A stretch of DNA of 64,000 bases from Heteronotia binoei (Eukaryota). The notes under the pieces were generated by a model. It worked only from the letters and a program-made list of their open reading frames with translations. It was not told the origin of the DNA and did not search any database. Below, piece by piece: positions 1 to 13,535 of this stretch (positions are counted from its first letter, which is position 1; every line of letters begins with the position of its first letter). The stretch covers positions 620,001 to 684,000 of the forward strand of contig NW_026799997.1 of assembly GCF_032191835.1 (NCBI RefSeq). The letters run 5' to 3'. A program made the position numbers and the translations under genes.

Positions 1-133
1 ATGCTTGCCAAATTCCTGTAGATGTCCCAGAGTTGTACCTGATCTCTGAGCAACAGAAAATGGAAAAATGACTGCTTTAAGGATGGAAGCTAAATGCTTT
101 GTTGTTGCTTGAGCTTTTGTAGGTAACCCAGGT

Positions 134-619
134 TAGGGTTGAAGGTCTGACTCAAAAAATATCTGGGGACTTTGGGGGTGTAGTCGGGAGATTTTGGGGG
201 TGGAGCAGGGAGCAAGGATATCCCAAGCATGATTATACTCCAAATGGAGTTATGATCATCACATTTAAAGGATCACATGCCTTTTAAAATGTCTTCCCTC
301 CATTTGGAAATGGGGCTCATATGAGCCCATTTGGGGCTCATAGAATTGGACCCCTTGGTCCAATCTTTTTGACATTTGGGGGGGGGGGGTGTTTTGTGGA
401 GAGACACTGGATGCTATGCTGAAAATTTGGTGCATCTACCTCACAAAACAGGCACCCTAGAGCCCCAAATACCTGTAGATCAATTCTCCATTATACCCTA
501 TGGGAATCAGTATACTGAAGTATCCAGCAGACATTCCCCCTTTCTGGTAACCCTGAAGCAGGGGGAGAGGCTCCAAACCAAGGGAGGCCCTGCCCCCCGA
601 CTGGGGATTGGCAACCCTA
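134..619. mobile_element. Non-autonomous hAT-type element (TAGGGTTGCC..GGCAACCCTA family), internally deleted copy
   Basis: Ends tagggttga../..ggcaacccta. Perfect 8-bp TSD acccaggt (126-133, 620-627). Internal blocks shared with copies at 4618, 39200 and 56644. Confidence 0.85.
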
Positions 620-3088
620 ACCCAGGTACTTTATTAGATACATTATTGAATATAGTATAGGCACAGTGTTCAAGACTTTGCATCTTCAGGTAAACAAACC
701 ATATAGCAGGTGATGATTGCCTGAGAACCTTAAGAGCTTCTGCCAGTCAGAAGAAGCAGTACTGACTTTGACAGACTAGTGGTCTGAGTCAGTACAAGTC
801 AGCATCATATGTGACAATGAATAAAAGGATTACAGAGAAACCTGGAGTGGATTGGGGGGGAAGAAATGGCTCTAGTCCACCTTTGCTCTGCCACTAGCCT
901 GTCTCTGGCCAATTACTGCTGTTCTACTTTCCCCATTGCCACTAGCCTCCATTTGAGTTCATATTTCTCCCTCCTCCATCTATTTTGATGTTGGGGCCAC
1001 ATCCTATGCCAAGAAACAAGGTGTCTAGATATAAGCAAAAGGCAATGAACAAGACTATATTTACTGGAGTAAAATAATACTATCTCAGGCAGAAGCCATG
1101 CCTTGCTCACTATCTGGCCACCAAATTCTTAATCAAGGCCTTGGAGATTATATAGTATATATTTAGCTGTATAAGACATTTACCTTTGCCAAGGAAATAT
1201 AATTGTTTCCCACTGAAATGTTATTCCTTCAGATTGATCTAATTTAGAGGATATGGAATTTTCTGCCAAAGACATAAATCATTAATCAACCAGAGATTGT
1301 TTCCATACTTTCCCCATCCCTGTAAGAACACCTCCTCTCTCTTCCTTTTTGGGGAAGTTTTCCAGGAATCCCAGACCACTTTCTCCTCTCTGTGAGTTAG
1401 TCAGGTGGCACACCTGAACACCTTGTCACCTCTCCACTTTCCAGGCCTGGAAAGAAAACAATCTCCATCCTTTCTTCAGTCCTGACTTCTTGATCTATAA
1501 CGGGGGGCAGATTCTGACCCGCAAACACATCAGAATATCCTGCTCTGGTATGCAGTACTATTAACTCCAAATCACCCATCTTTGTGCAGTGATGGAAGGA
1601 GCCCCTGACACATAAAATGCATCCTGGCTTCTTTTTGGATTATTTGCTGCTGAGCTGCTGGGGACATTGTCTTTGGGAATCAGGTCTGTGCTTGGACCTG
1701 CACTAATAGGTATTTACAGGCATTTCTGCATTCTTTGTCTTGCTTTACTTTGTGACCTCTTGACTCCCCTCATGAGTGGAATAGCTTGTAGAGTGTATTG
1801 GGTCTTATTATTGTGAATGATTGGTATTAATTTGACTGCTTGAATTTGCTAATTCTCCACCTCAGTTTTTAAAATCTCAAAAAGATGTTATTTTTCTATC
1901 CAGATTCTCGCTATTTCTTTCAAACAAGTAGAGGCACCTCACCACTTTTTAAAAAGATCCCTTGCAGCCATTGTGTAGTTTACTGCCCATATTAAGGTTC
2001 TCTTTAAACCACCTAAGCTCTTAAGAATGAAAGACTGCAAAAGGAAGGTTTCCTTCCTTATGCTTAGCTTATTGTAGTGTGAACTGGAGCTTGAATTGAG
2101 AAGTGTTATTGTTGTTAGTTGTGGCATGCACTGAGGCTCCACAGGAAGGATGTAAATACCAAAAACAAATCCAGAGCTTGGAAGAAATAGGCTGTTCAGA
2201 AGGCAATAGAATGCTTTGAAATAAAACTTCTTATTCATTAGTATTCTGACTGCATCAGAGGAGGGCAATGCTCAGTTACCTTGCCCTCCTTGTACCTCCA
2301 AGGTTTGCTAAGTTACAAGTCCATTGATAGGGCACATGAAACAAAAGCACACACTTGATTTAGTAAAATGGATCATTAACAATTGATTAGAAGAGGCATA
2401 ATATATTTTACTGTTGTTCTGTTGCATCTAGTCCTGGGTTCAATTGGAGATGAAATTGTCTGATGCCCAACACATTAATAATTGCTGAGACTGACATTTA
2501 TGAGGCTATCATGAAGGATGAGGCGAGCTTTCCGAGGAATGTCATTTAAAAGACTGGATTAGATGCTGACATACCCAGGTGGCTGCTAATAATGAATTAA
2601 AATGAACTTCAATTAATTGCCACTCAGATATCATTCCTTCTTTTGGCAAATATTAATAAGGTAATCAATAGGCTGCACTTCTTTGCATTTAGTGGAGCGT
2701 TTTCTTCGTCCCGAGTGCAAATCTAAATTATGCACAACATTTTCTGCTATTAAGCGTAATATTTGCTAAAAATATAATCAAAGCCATCTACTTTAAGCAG
2801 CAGAGATCCCACTCTACTGTCATCTTAATGGAGTGAAAATGTAATGATGCATTCCAACAAAGGAACTATTTCTGTCTTTTGATATTAATGCTCAACTTCC
2901 ACAAATATAGTCCTTAATGTGCTGTGATACGAGAATGTTAGAACTAACGTTGTGCCAGAGAGAGAGAGACAGAAAAACAGAGACAGTCAGATCTGGAGTC
3001 AGGTTGCATGGATTTAAAAACTCAAATTGACATTTTTAATATTGGAAATAAAACTAGTCATATTAAGAGCTCCTAATATTATTTTCAG

Positions 3089-3139
3089 TTGCTTTCAGTG
3101 GGAAGCACCAAGTACTTTTGCAGCTGTATGAATATAAAG
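3089..3139 (+). other. Candidate exon (51 nt) of an unidentified gene
   Basis: attttcag acceptor and AAG/gtgagc donor. Open as AFSGKHQVLLQLYEYK or LLSVGSTKYFCSCMNIK; no homology recognised. Confidence 0.25.
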
Positions 3140-4617
3140 GTGAGCATTTCGAAGATCTCACCCATATTGGTGCCTTGAAACCCTCACATAACACAGGAGG
3201 GGCTCTCAGGTTTGTAGTGATATAATAGTGATGTAGGAATCGCCAATTTTTGTAAAAGCCCTGTGGCAGTGGGAGGGTAATGGTAGCTGTGGAGGGCTGA
3301 GGCAAGGAAAGTATGTTGGAAACTGCTCTCTTGCTGCTGCAAATGCCTCTGCATTCTCAAAAGCAATGAGAGCATATTGAGAATCATCAGCATGTGGAAA
3401 CAATCCTAAACTCTTTCCCTAGCAACTTTACCCTTATTGTGATCAGTATCTCTTAGCACTTTTCTTCTAGCCTGATAGACAAAGATGTTCCACCAGGCCT
3501 ATGGATGAAGCCGCAGAATTCCATCTATATTGGCCTCCCCTCTCCTCCCCTGCCTTTCTTTGGCTACCCACTTCTGAAAAATTTTACCATCTGTGGGTGC
3601 ACATTTATAGAGTTTTCAGGACAGAATGTTAACCTGTGCTATGGATCTGTGCTAATGATATAGTTGACTGATGTTATGTAGGTTTTAAAGATGGTCATAT
3701 ATATTTTAATTGTATTTTTTGTTTGTTTTATTGTCTGTTGTAACCTATCCTGAGCCTGCTGTGTAGGGAGGGAAGGCTAGAAATCTAATAATAAATAAAT
3801 ATCAGAACCTGACTAGGGATTGGCCTGCAGGACTATGCCACACACATACTGAAGTCACCCAAACCCAGGGTCCACACCTACCAGGGCCATCCAAGCTTGA
3901 ACCCAGGGAGGGCATGAGCATGAGGAAAAAGGAATGAAGGCTTGCCATGGTAAGGGATGCACCCTCCCAGACCACCCTCATACTAGGGTTGCCAGTCCCT
4001 TGGTCCAGATGGGGTTTTTTAGGGCCTCCAGTCCCCTAAAAGAAAGATAAGGCCTGGCAATCCTACTCACCACCATATAGCATGGGACAGACCCACCTAT
4101 CCTTACCACCTCGTGTAGTGAGGAACAGGTCCACCTGGTCAAACAACTCCTGCTCAAGGATGGCTAGATAAGTTTGGGGGGGAATACTGGGACAGGATAG
4201 TGGTGGAGACATGGTGGGACAGGGTGGGACTCTTATCCAGGGTTATTTCTTTCCCAATCCACCCTGAGGGTGGTTCAAGCATTGGAGTGAGACATGGATT
4301 GAGACAGGGTTTAGCTCAATTGCAGAAAACTGTAAAATGTCATTCAAGGATGTTTCTCTGCTATTACTAGTCACTGAGGAAGCCTATGATTTCCTCAAGG
4401 CTGAGTTTATACAGTTTACCAAGTTTACCTGGGACCTAACTTTTGTACAGTTTCACAAACAGTCCTTGATTTTATATATTCTCTTCTACTTCTGCATACA
4501 CTGTTCCTACTTTGAATTGGGATTGTGGCACATATGTAGAAGGAACTGCATCCTCCCACACACACATAATTACCCCCAACAGAAACAGTCTATGAAAAGA
4601 ATGATTTGACCTCCTTT

Positions 4618-5402
4618 TAGGGTTGCTAAATCCAATTCAAGAAATATCTGGGGACTTTGGGGGTGGAGCCAGGAACAAGGGTGTGACAAGCATAATTGAA
4701 CTCCAAGGGAGTTCTGGCCATCACATTTAAAGGGACAGCACACCTTTTCAAATGCCTTTCTTCCATAGGAAATAATGAAGGATAGGGGCACCATCTTTTG
4801 GGGCTCATAGAATTGGACCCCCTAGTCCAATCGTTTTGAAACTTGGGGGGGGTATTTTGGGGAGAGGCACTAAATGCTATACTAAAAATTTGGTGCCTCT
4901 ACCTCAAAAAATAGCCCCCCCCAGAGCCCTCAATACCCGTGGATCAATTCCCCATTATTCCCTATGGGAATCGTTCTCCATAGGGAATAGTAGAGTGCCC
5001 AGTAAACATTTTCCTCCCCCCTCACACTTTCTAAAGCGGGGGGAGGGCCGCCAAACCAGGGAATCCCCTGCCCCCTCCCTCTCTCACACAAATACTTACT
5101 GGGTCTTGTTCCTGCAGAACTTGACTTGCTCTGAAAACGAAAGCAAAAGAAAGGGAGGGGCCGTTCTCTGAGGAAACTGTTACTGATCCTTTCCCATGAA
5201 GCCCTTCCTGTTTCCTGCTTCCTGCTCAGCCTTAAAGGCACACATTTTAAAAACTGTTTGCAGGTTTCTAAACCTGCAGGAGCTCTAAAACTACAGGATG
5301 ACTGTGGGGGCGGGGCTTCCCTGCCGGCCAGCTGGCTGGGGGCGGGGAGAGGCCTGTCAAAACGGGGGATCCCCTGCTGGGACCTGGGGATTGGGAAGCC
5401 TA
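4618..5402. mobile_element. Non-autonomous hAT-type element (TAGGGTTGCC family), ~785 bp
   Basis: TIR-like ends tagggttgct../..ggaagccta. Perfect 8-bp TSD cctccttt (4610-4617, 5403-5410). Confidence 0.9.
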
Positions 5403-5885
5403 CCTCCTTTTTAATGCCAAATGGTACTACATGATCTTCTGAAATGGGTTTTCCCCAGGATTATTTCAGCACAGAAGACAGACTGAAGCACCTTCTGTAC
5501 AAGTTCCACCACAGTCCTGATCCATAACAGAAACTGGGTATGATTGTAAAACCATGCAGAGACTGGTACCATAGTGCCATCCCAGTGAGCTCGTGGAAAT
5601 CAGCTCTTAGAGTTGCAGAAAACCACTAGAGAACCACTGTTGCGGGAAAGTAATCAAACTATTTTCCTTTCCACTTCTTGCCACATAGAGAACACACCCT
5701 GAATCTCTCTTTATGACAAGTGACACTCTCTGGAGCTTTCAGAATCCCTCACAAGAATGTTCTTTCTCTCCCCTCTCACTTCATAGTGTTTATCTTGCCG
5801 TTCAAACTAGATTGTTTACAGTATGGAGAAGCTTTCCCATGAAAATGCTATGAAATGTACACTGTTTTATAAAAGGTTGCATTTT

Positions 5886-5912
5886 AAATATATATATATA
5901 TATATATATATA
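5886..5912. repeat. (TA)n microsatellite
   Basis: Direct reading. Confidence 0.95.
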
Positions 5913-6638
5913 TGATTGTCATAACAGAAGGTATGCCAAGCAACATGATTTAAATCTTAGTTTCCCCTCTGATACTAATGGCAGTTTTTACAAAACAGGA
6001 AAAGAATTGTTGAGCAATAAAATACAATCTTGTCTGAACTCATGAACTCTAGGTTCATATTCTCAGCCTCCAGGAAAACATATGTTAAAAATAAACTCTT
6101 TTTTTGAGATTTCAAATTATATATCTAACTTTCTGAAAACAATGGTTACACTTTCATGTAACAGAATGCAAAGATCTTAATCTTGTTGAACTATTTTTTT
6201 TCTCTGACACCAAGAAGGGAGTTTGGAAATGCAGAAAATGTCTATGCTGCTGTATTAAATGCTTCAAGCATGTATAATACACTGAGATATATTCCATAAA
6301 TGGGCATATTCTAGGACTATATAACTCAGGGATTTTCTCATAACCCTTGGACTCTTTGCCTATCTAGTTCTGAAATATTCTCCCATTTTTAGTCTAGTCT
6401 TGAAGTATTTCTCATGTTTTTACAGATAACTTTTCCATTTATTGGAGAGGCTGAAAGTTAATGCTAAAAATCTGTGGCTTCTCCCTTGCTTATGGGATTG
6501 TGGGTAAAATGGGTCCTGTCTCTCCACATCTACATATGAAGCTGCCTTGTACTAGCCTTCTACATACAATGCCTCCATGCATTGATTGATCACAACAAAA
6601 GGGACAGGGGGTACCAGAATGCTGGCCCCACCCCTTGG

Positions 6639-7285
6639 TAGGGTTGCCAGGTCCAACTCAAAAAATACCTGAGGACTTTGAGGGTGGGGCCAGGAGACAT
6701 TTCCATTCCCTAAAATAAATAAATAAAATACAGCAGTGCTGTTCCCCTGAATACAGTCTTTGTTTCCTCACCCACAGCAGCTGGCTACACTTCCACTAAA
6801 TGAAAGTGAACACACACACACACACACACACAAAGCAGCCAAAATAAATGCAGTTTCCAAGCATACAGTTTTGTGATCTCACTGGGGCAACTTATTCATG
6901 GGAGTTACTGAATATAGCCATCTGTTGTATTTCCACCAACTTAATCAGACTAACCCAGGAAATGAAAGGTTCTCATTTACTCTTTACTATGCAAAAGACT
7001 TTTGAAAGAAATATAAGGCAAATGGAGGGACTGTGCTGGCTTCTCTTTCTTTCTCACGGCTTCACACTGGAAACAGCCATAGGACTCTACTGGCTTGCCC
7101 CACCCACATTCAGCCTTGGTCCTACTGAGATTTAAAGGCACACACACTTTCCAAGTTTCTTCTAAGCTTCCAAGCTTCTTCAAAGCCTTCCAAGGAGGAA
7201 AGGCACATTGTGGTTGTTGGGGTGAGGCTAGAGGAGCCTGGAAAACTAGGGATTTCCCACCAGTACCTGGGGACTGACAAGCCTA
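6639..7285. mobile_element. Degraded hAT-type element (TAGGGTTGCC family)
   Basis: Starts tagggttgccaggtccaactc, ends gacaagccta. Internal motifs match the family; TSD only partial. Confidence 0.65.
6810..6833. repeat. (CA)n microsatellite
   Basis: Direct reading. Confidence 0.95.
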
Positions 7286-8937
7286 CCCCCAGCATCTGAG
7301 TGATTACCAGCTTGTAATCATGGCACCAATGTGTGGAGTCAGTGTCCATATGGATGCACCCTGCCCATGATCAGAACATTTGAAAGGTAGCATCCCTGAT
7401 TGTAGGGAGGGAGCATATGTGTGGACAGTGCCTCTGTGAGTATGTGCCATACTTTTGAGCCAGCTATCATGGGGGGGGGGGGGGGCAACATGTTTGTGCC
7501 CTCTCTCTCTCTCTTGGTGTGTTCAGTCAATGCACAGAAGGCTCATGTGTACAGGTCTAGTGAGTCAGAGCACTCAGGACCAGACATGCACAGGACCAGA
7601 TCATCAGGAATCTGAGGGAGGCTTATGCTTCTCCAATCAACATGGGATCCATGGAAGCATTATCCCACTATTCAGAAGAACAGGGGGAAAATCTTTTTTC
7701 AATGTGGAGGATTTCCAGATATCGTCACTGACTCTTTCCAGGAAAGTAGTTCCTGGCAGTCCCCTAGTTTGAATCAGCAACGTTAATTCCTGGAACTTCC
7801 TCCCCACCCCCCACCCTCCAAAGCAACGTTTGATTCCCCACCTCCCAATGGTTGGGCGCATGTTCAATGAAAACCCCACAGCAGGAATCACAGTATGATT
7901 GCTCAGCAACTGAATGAGAGTGAGATGACTTTGGATCTACTTGATTGGTTGTGTGCATGCTCCAAGAAAAGAGTGTGATAGCATTCAATATGTCTGATCA
8001 TTCAACAACAGGATGATATCAGGATAAATCACATTCTTGGGTGCTCGTCTGATTGGCCCTGCGTCGAATCAGTATTCAGCGGTTCACATTTGAGCACTGC
8101 ATGCCCACTTTTAATGGGACGTGTGACTGCACCCCTAGAGAACTTTTTATAAAGTACGCAAGTGAATGTGATGCATTGTAGCAACCCTTTCCTTTTGCCT
8201 GGTGCCAAATTTGGCTGTTTTGCATTACCAGATTGAGGGGGGGGGGGACGGCATTTGTTTGTTTAAGCCAGACATATCAACTGAGTTTTATAACCCCTCA
8301 AATTTGTATTCTGTGTATTTTTATGACGGATTTTAGGTTTAACTGCTGTTGTAGTCTTTTGTGATATTTGTTACTTAACTGGTTTCTGTGAAGCTAATTT
8401 TCACTGGTTTTGTGGCTTTTGTTACTAGATTTGGTTAGATTTTTGGAAACTATCTTGAGCTTTTTTATCACAGAGTGTGGTGCAGTGTGAATATATGCAC
8501 ATACCACATTCTCTAATAAAAATGCCTCAAGGCAGTTTCCAGAATCTGAAATGCACACATGCTAGGGCTGCCAAGCCCCTGGTGAGGGTGGGGGAATCCC
8601 CTGCCTCCAGCTCGGAGCAGTGACAGAGAAAAATAAACCAAAAAACAACCATCAGCCCAACGGTGTGACAGAAACATGATTCTTGATGTTGGAAGCATAT
8701 TATATTATCCTGTTCTTAATTTTTTTTAAAAAAAAACTAATGTTGAGAAACCCCTAATTGCCCTTATTTGCCCCTAAATAAAACTTTTAAAAAGAGAACT
8801 CTATTTAGCAATGAAGCACATGATTAAGCAGGAACAATCTACAGGGAAAGCAAAAGAAGATATCCACAGACTTTCTGTTAATGAATGCTTATTCATTTTA
8901 AGCTCTACATTTTAATATTTCTATGAGTTCTTTACAG

Positions 8938-9023
8938 AACCTGTCTCCATTGAATACTGTGGTAAAGTTGTCAAAAATGTATCACATACAGTAATTATTG
9001 AAACATCTGAAAACATTAATCAG
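8938..9023 (+). other. Candidate exon (86 nt)
   Basis: ttctttacag acceptor and CAG/gtaggg donor. Single open frame (E)PVSIEYCGKVVKNVSHTVIIETSENINQ. Confidence 0.25.
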
Positions 9024-9688
9024 GTAGGGGTTTTACAATCAAAGCAACTACCTAAGGATTTGGAGATAAAGAATTCTGAAATACCTGATGGAGAGAAAGG
9101 AGCACTTTGCATTGAAATATTCATGCAAAATACAGTGAAGAGAGGAGCCTTCCATATTTCTGTTCTAAACTGCAGAAGTGGGAAATCGCAGTTACACACA
9201 TGAAACACTCCTTGACTCCCCATGGAGAATGAATTAGCCCCAGCACAAGAAGGCTAACCAGTCTTCTGGCTTTCAGGAGGTCTCTGGGGATCACAGTGTA
9301 ACATAGGATGGACAGAGACAGACCTTTGGGCTGATCCGGCAAGACTTTTATTCTGTTAGATTGCCTCTTGAAAACCTGTCCTGTGTATCTGAAGAACAGG
9401 AAGCAACAACTTCAGCCCCTGGTTTGGTCATCCATCCATTTCCTGAACTGCAGGTGATGACAGAGCCAGAAGGAGGGGGAAATGTGAAGGATTCTGGGCT
9501 GCTGTTTTCAGCATGATTGGTGCATTTAAAAAGAAATGTGTTCTCCAGCAAAATGAAATCAGGTGACTCTAACTATAACAGAAGTCCTATGTGGACTTCA
9601 TAGTTTTTATGTGTGTCCTCAGCAGCACCACCAGACTGCAATGCCATTAAGTGATGCCTTGTGTGGTATTAACCAAGGAGGGAAAGTG

Positions 9689-9855
9689 GCATGGTGATCT
9701 TGTTAAATCTTGGAAGCTAAGCAGGGTCAGGAGACCACCAAAGAAGGCTCTGCAGAGGAAGGTAATGCCAAACCACCCCTGCCTCTCACTTGCCTTGACA
9801 ACCCCAACTTAGGGGGTCACCGTAAGTTGGTTGCAACTGGACAGCACTTACATAT
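9689..9855 (+). mobile_element. 5S rRNA-derived SINE with Sauria/BovB-like tail (internally deleted)
   Basis: gatcttgttaaatcttggaagctaagcagggtc matches the 5S internal promoter region; tail gaggaaggtaatgccaaaccac..gggggtcaccgtaagttgg. Confidence 0.75.
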
Positions 9856-10169
9856 GTGGCATTAACGTTAACCTCTGATCTTAGGTGGTAGGAAAAGAAT
9901 ATTCTTTCACCAGTATTTCAGGTAACACCCAATGGACAAAAGGACAAAGACACCATACACAGAAGCCTGAAGAAGTGAAGACAGGAATGTACTAGATAAT
10001 GCATTGAGATCTGGAGAAAGGAATCTTGAAGGAAGCATACACACTAGGAGTAATAGAGTTGTCACTTTACACAAGAGTTTTGTACCTGAGTGGGAGTATG
10101 GGGGGGGGTTGGTGGGTATGGGGGGGGGGTAGGGGAAAGAGAGAGCTGCATGAGGTATGAAGGGAGATA

Positions 10170-10470
10170 AAAAGTAAAAGGTAAAGATAGTCCCCTGTGC
10201 AAGCACCAGTTATTTCCGATTCTGGGGTGGCGGCGCATCACACATTTTCATGGCAGACTTTTTACGGGGTGGTTTGCCATTGCCTTTCCCAGTCATCTAC
10301 ACTTCCTCCCAGCAAGCTGGGTACTCATTTTACCGATTTTGGAAGGATGGAAGTCTGAGTCAACCTTGAGCCAGCTACCTGAACCCAGTTTCTGCTGTAT
10401 CAAACTCAGGTCATGAGCAGAGTGTTCGGACTGCAGTACTGCAGCTTTACCACTCTGCGCCATGGGGCTG
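10170..10470 (-). mobile_element. Sauria SINE (tRNA head, BovB-related tail)
   Basis: Tail read as aaaaggtaaag ((ACCTTT)n on minus); ggcaatggcaaaccac motif; head ends cactctgcgccatggggc. Confidence 0.85.
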
Positions 10471-10536
10471 CTTCAAAAGGGAGATACACTTCTCAAATAA
10501 CTGAGAGGTGTATGGTGAATCCAGCATCTTGCATAT

Positions 10537-10860
10537 GTTTGGTGTAGTGGTTAAGTGTGCGGACTCTTATCTGGGAGAACCGGGTTTGATTCCCCACTCC
10601 TCCACTTGCACCTGCTAGCATGGCCTTGGGTCAGCCATAGCTCTGGCAGAGGTTGTCCTTGAAAGGGCAGCTGCTGTGAGAGTCCTCTCCAGCCCCACCC
10701 ACCTCACAGGGTGTTTGTTGTGGGGGAGGAAGGTAAAGGAGATTGTGAGCCGCTCTGAGACTCTTCAGAGTGGAGGGCGGGATATAAATCCAATATCATC
10801 TTCTTCTTCTTCTTCTTCTTCTTCTTCTTCTTCTTCTTCTTCTTCTTCTTCTTCTTCTTC
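10537..10860 (+). mobile_element. tRNA-derived SINE with L2-like 3' end (Anolis SINE2/Squam2-like), (TTC)n tail
   Basis: A-box tggtgtagtggtt and B-box-like ggtttgattccc. 3' end gagccgctctgag..ggagggcgggatataaat. Confidence 0.85.
10799..10860. repeat. (TTC)n, expanded SINE tail
   Basis: About 20 TTC units at the SINE 3' end. Confidence 0.95.
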
Positions 10861-13241
10861 TATGTCTATAGTCTGTGAACAGATGTGTGTCTTCTTGCTA
10901 CTCTTATGCATTCACCACAAATGCTCCTTTACATGTGACAAATATGGTTGCTTAGAACATGTAAATATTAAAGTATAAGGGCTGCTAAGAAACAGTGTTA
11001 AAGTTAAATCATTCTAAAGTTAAAACAGTGAATATGGCACTGAAATTCAATATGATGATGAGAGAGGCAGCATTCAAAAAAGAATCAAAGGACAGAGACA
11101 TAGCAGACCTCTTGTGTCTAGCCCTTCCACAAAGGAGAAATGTATTTCTTCCCCACATACTGATTCAGCTTTGGATGCTTGCCCTTTACTAAACTGAGTT
11201 AGCAGACAGAGACTATCATATTTTGGTTTTTCACTGCTGGATATGATCTTAAATTTAAGTTTTCTGCACTGTAACTCTCTACTCAGGAGGAACATTAATA
11301 GGTAGCATTAAAATGGATTTTTGCCTCCTAAGAGGCATGATTAGAAATGCATGGGACAAGGAAAGCAGATACAGCATGGAGTGCTGCCATCTTTTGGTGA
11401 TAAGATTTAGCAATATCGCAAGGCAGGTTCAGCCACAACAGGCTTCATCGGATGTGAAAGCACAACAAAGAAGCGCTAAGTGGCAATGTCATCATTACAA
11501 TTAGGTGCTCAATTACATGATGTGCTTGGATATAATTTGGAATGTTGTCTTTATAAAGTGATGTTTGCCTTTCGAATGCTCCTCAGACACAAAGAAGTCA
11601 GGTAAACGCAACACCGAATGATGCAAGGGAATATTCTCCTGTGGATGCACAGGAATTTGCAATGGTAAATCAAACCTATGGGCAACTATGCTGGCAAATT
11701 AGATATCAAAAGTAAATTGAATACTACATTATCTTGAAGGTAATGAACTTCTTCCAACTTAGCACGTAGTAATTACAATAGTTAATAAAACCAGTAGGAT
11801 CTGCTCTGTCATAGGTGTCTTTTTAAAAAAAAAATCTAATGCAGCATTCATAGAAAGATCTTTGTAATCTGGCTGTACATATCTGTAACTTTATTTTTGA
11901 TGTCTCTAAGGGGCTTGATATTGCACAGCTGTTAAGCATTTTTAGAACTAATTGGAAATCAAACTGTCATCTTGCAGCAACGTTTTCTGCAACAACCAAC
12001 AGCTTGTTGCAAATGCGTCAGTATAATGGCTGAACAAAAGTCATCTACCCCCCTCCCCCAGTTCTAAGGCTGTCTTTTCATCTGACATTTATACATTGAG
12101 CCCATTGATATTCTAAGCATATAAATTAGACATGATGATGTAATTTTTTTAAAAAAAATCTGCCTGACATCCAGCAAGGTCCCTTGAACACCTCATATAA
12201 AGATCATTTTAAGACCTGCCTTTTCAGGGTTTTCCTGATTGATTTTCTTCTGTCTTGCCCAGCTTCTCTCACCCCTATTGTTTCATACCTTTAAAATATA
12301 AGCGGACAAGTGCTGCTTCTGGTGTTATTTCAGCACCATACCAGGAGGAGTATAGCTTCTCCATAAATAATAACAGTATAATAATCATTAATGCAATTTA
12401 AAAATATGAAAATCTACTATCTGTTGTAAGGATATTATCACTGTTAGCAAAGTGAAACTTTGAAACCATAGTGTTTTCATGCATTTTTAAAGCAGTTTGT
12501 TTTGCACACCATTTCTCTGAGAAATTATGCTGTTTATTCTTTTCCATAGCTCTCTGTGTACAGGTGTTGGCTGCCCTCATGCTCTGACCAAAACAGGTTG
12601 TCTGCACAACTCATTGGCAGTGATAATTGTTTCACAAAGAACTGGCAAGCAATGCTCTGCCAGCTTTCTCTCCCATGTGTTCATGTCCTTTCTTTGGATC
12701 CCATCCAATGGCTAGACCAATGATATTGCAGGAAAATCCAGGTGTACAGAAAGGACAGAGTCTGGAAACAGAGAGCACATTTATCTTGAACTTGAGAGCA
12801 GGGAGTAGAAAGACACAACATTTGCAGATGGTCTGCAGGATTACAGTTTGGAAAAGTCTGTGCTGTTCTCCAACTGAATGCTTTTAGCAACATTGTGGAG
12901 CTAAAAAGGTTTAGGAATCCTCAAGCTACTATATTTGGAAGATATATACAGCAATGGGAGATTCTTACAACACACGCACACTTGCAGTGACCAGTATGCA
13001 TCTAGGGCCTCTGCTATGTGGTCACCTATTCTCTTGCTCCAGCCTGGCTTCTGCACTAGTTCAAACTGCTTAGCAGACAGTTGTTTGATCAGTGCATGTG
13101 GTAACAAGGATAGCTCTTTCTGTGATGGCTTTTTGGCACCCCCACACATTTGACTGTGGTTCAGAACTTTGTTCCCATGCTTTTCAATAAATGTATGGGT
13201 TATTTCACAGTTGTGTCTGTCTTAATGGGGTTTGTTAGGTA

Positions 13242-13535
13242 CAGGGTTGCCAACCCCAGGTTCAGAAATAACTGAAGATCTGAGAGTAGAGCCTGGGAAG
13301 GTGGGGTTTAGGTGCCTTTTACATCTCCCAGAGCCAAGGGTAGGCCAGGATGGGGTGGAAAAAGGAGGAGGAGGAAGACCCCAGTAAGGTATAATGCCAT
13401 ACATTGAACCTTCCAAAGCAGCCATTTTCATCAGAATAAATGTTTTAAACAATCAAATCAGCAATCTATGTAGTCTGGAGATTAGTTGTAATTCTGGGAG
13501 ATCTCCACCCTCCCACCTGAAGGATTGCAACACTA
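13242..13535. mobile_element. Short hAT-type MITE (AGGGTTGCC family)
   Basis: Ends cagggttgcc../..ttgcaacacta. Internal ccaaagcagccatttt motif recurs at many loci. Confidence 0.7.

Noticed and set aside
376-660. Recurring ORFs with similar peptides (376, 4626, 4836, 39410, 56566, 63210 and others)
   Set aside because: All lie in copies of the same non-autonomous hAT family; the similarity reflects repeat DNA and frames are not conserved.
3206-3403. Minus-strand ORF with helical-looking ALIAFENAEAFAAARE
   Set aside because: 65 aa, no splice context or family motif recognised.
10676-10978. Poly-Ser ORF (and poly-Ile or poly-Val ORFs near 30900 and 41720)
   Set aside because: Translations of microsatellite SINE/LINE tails.
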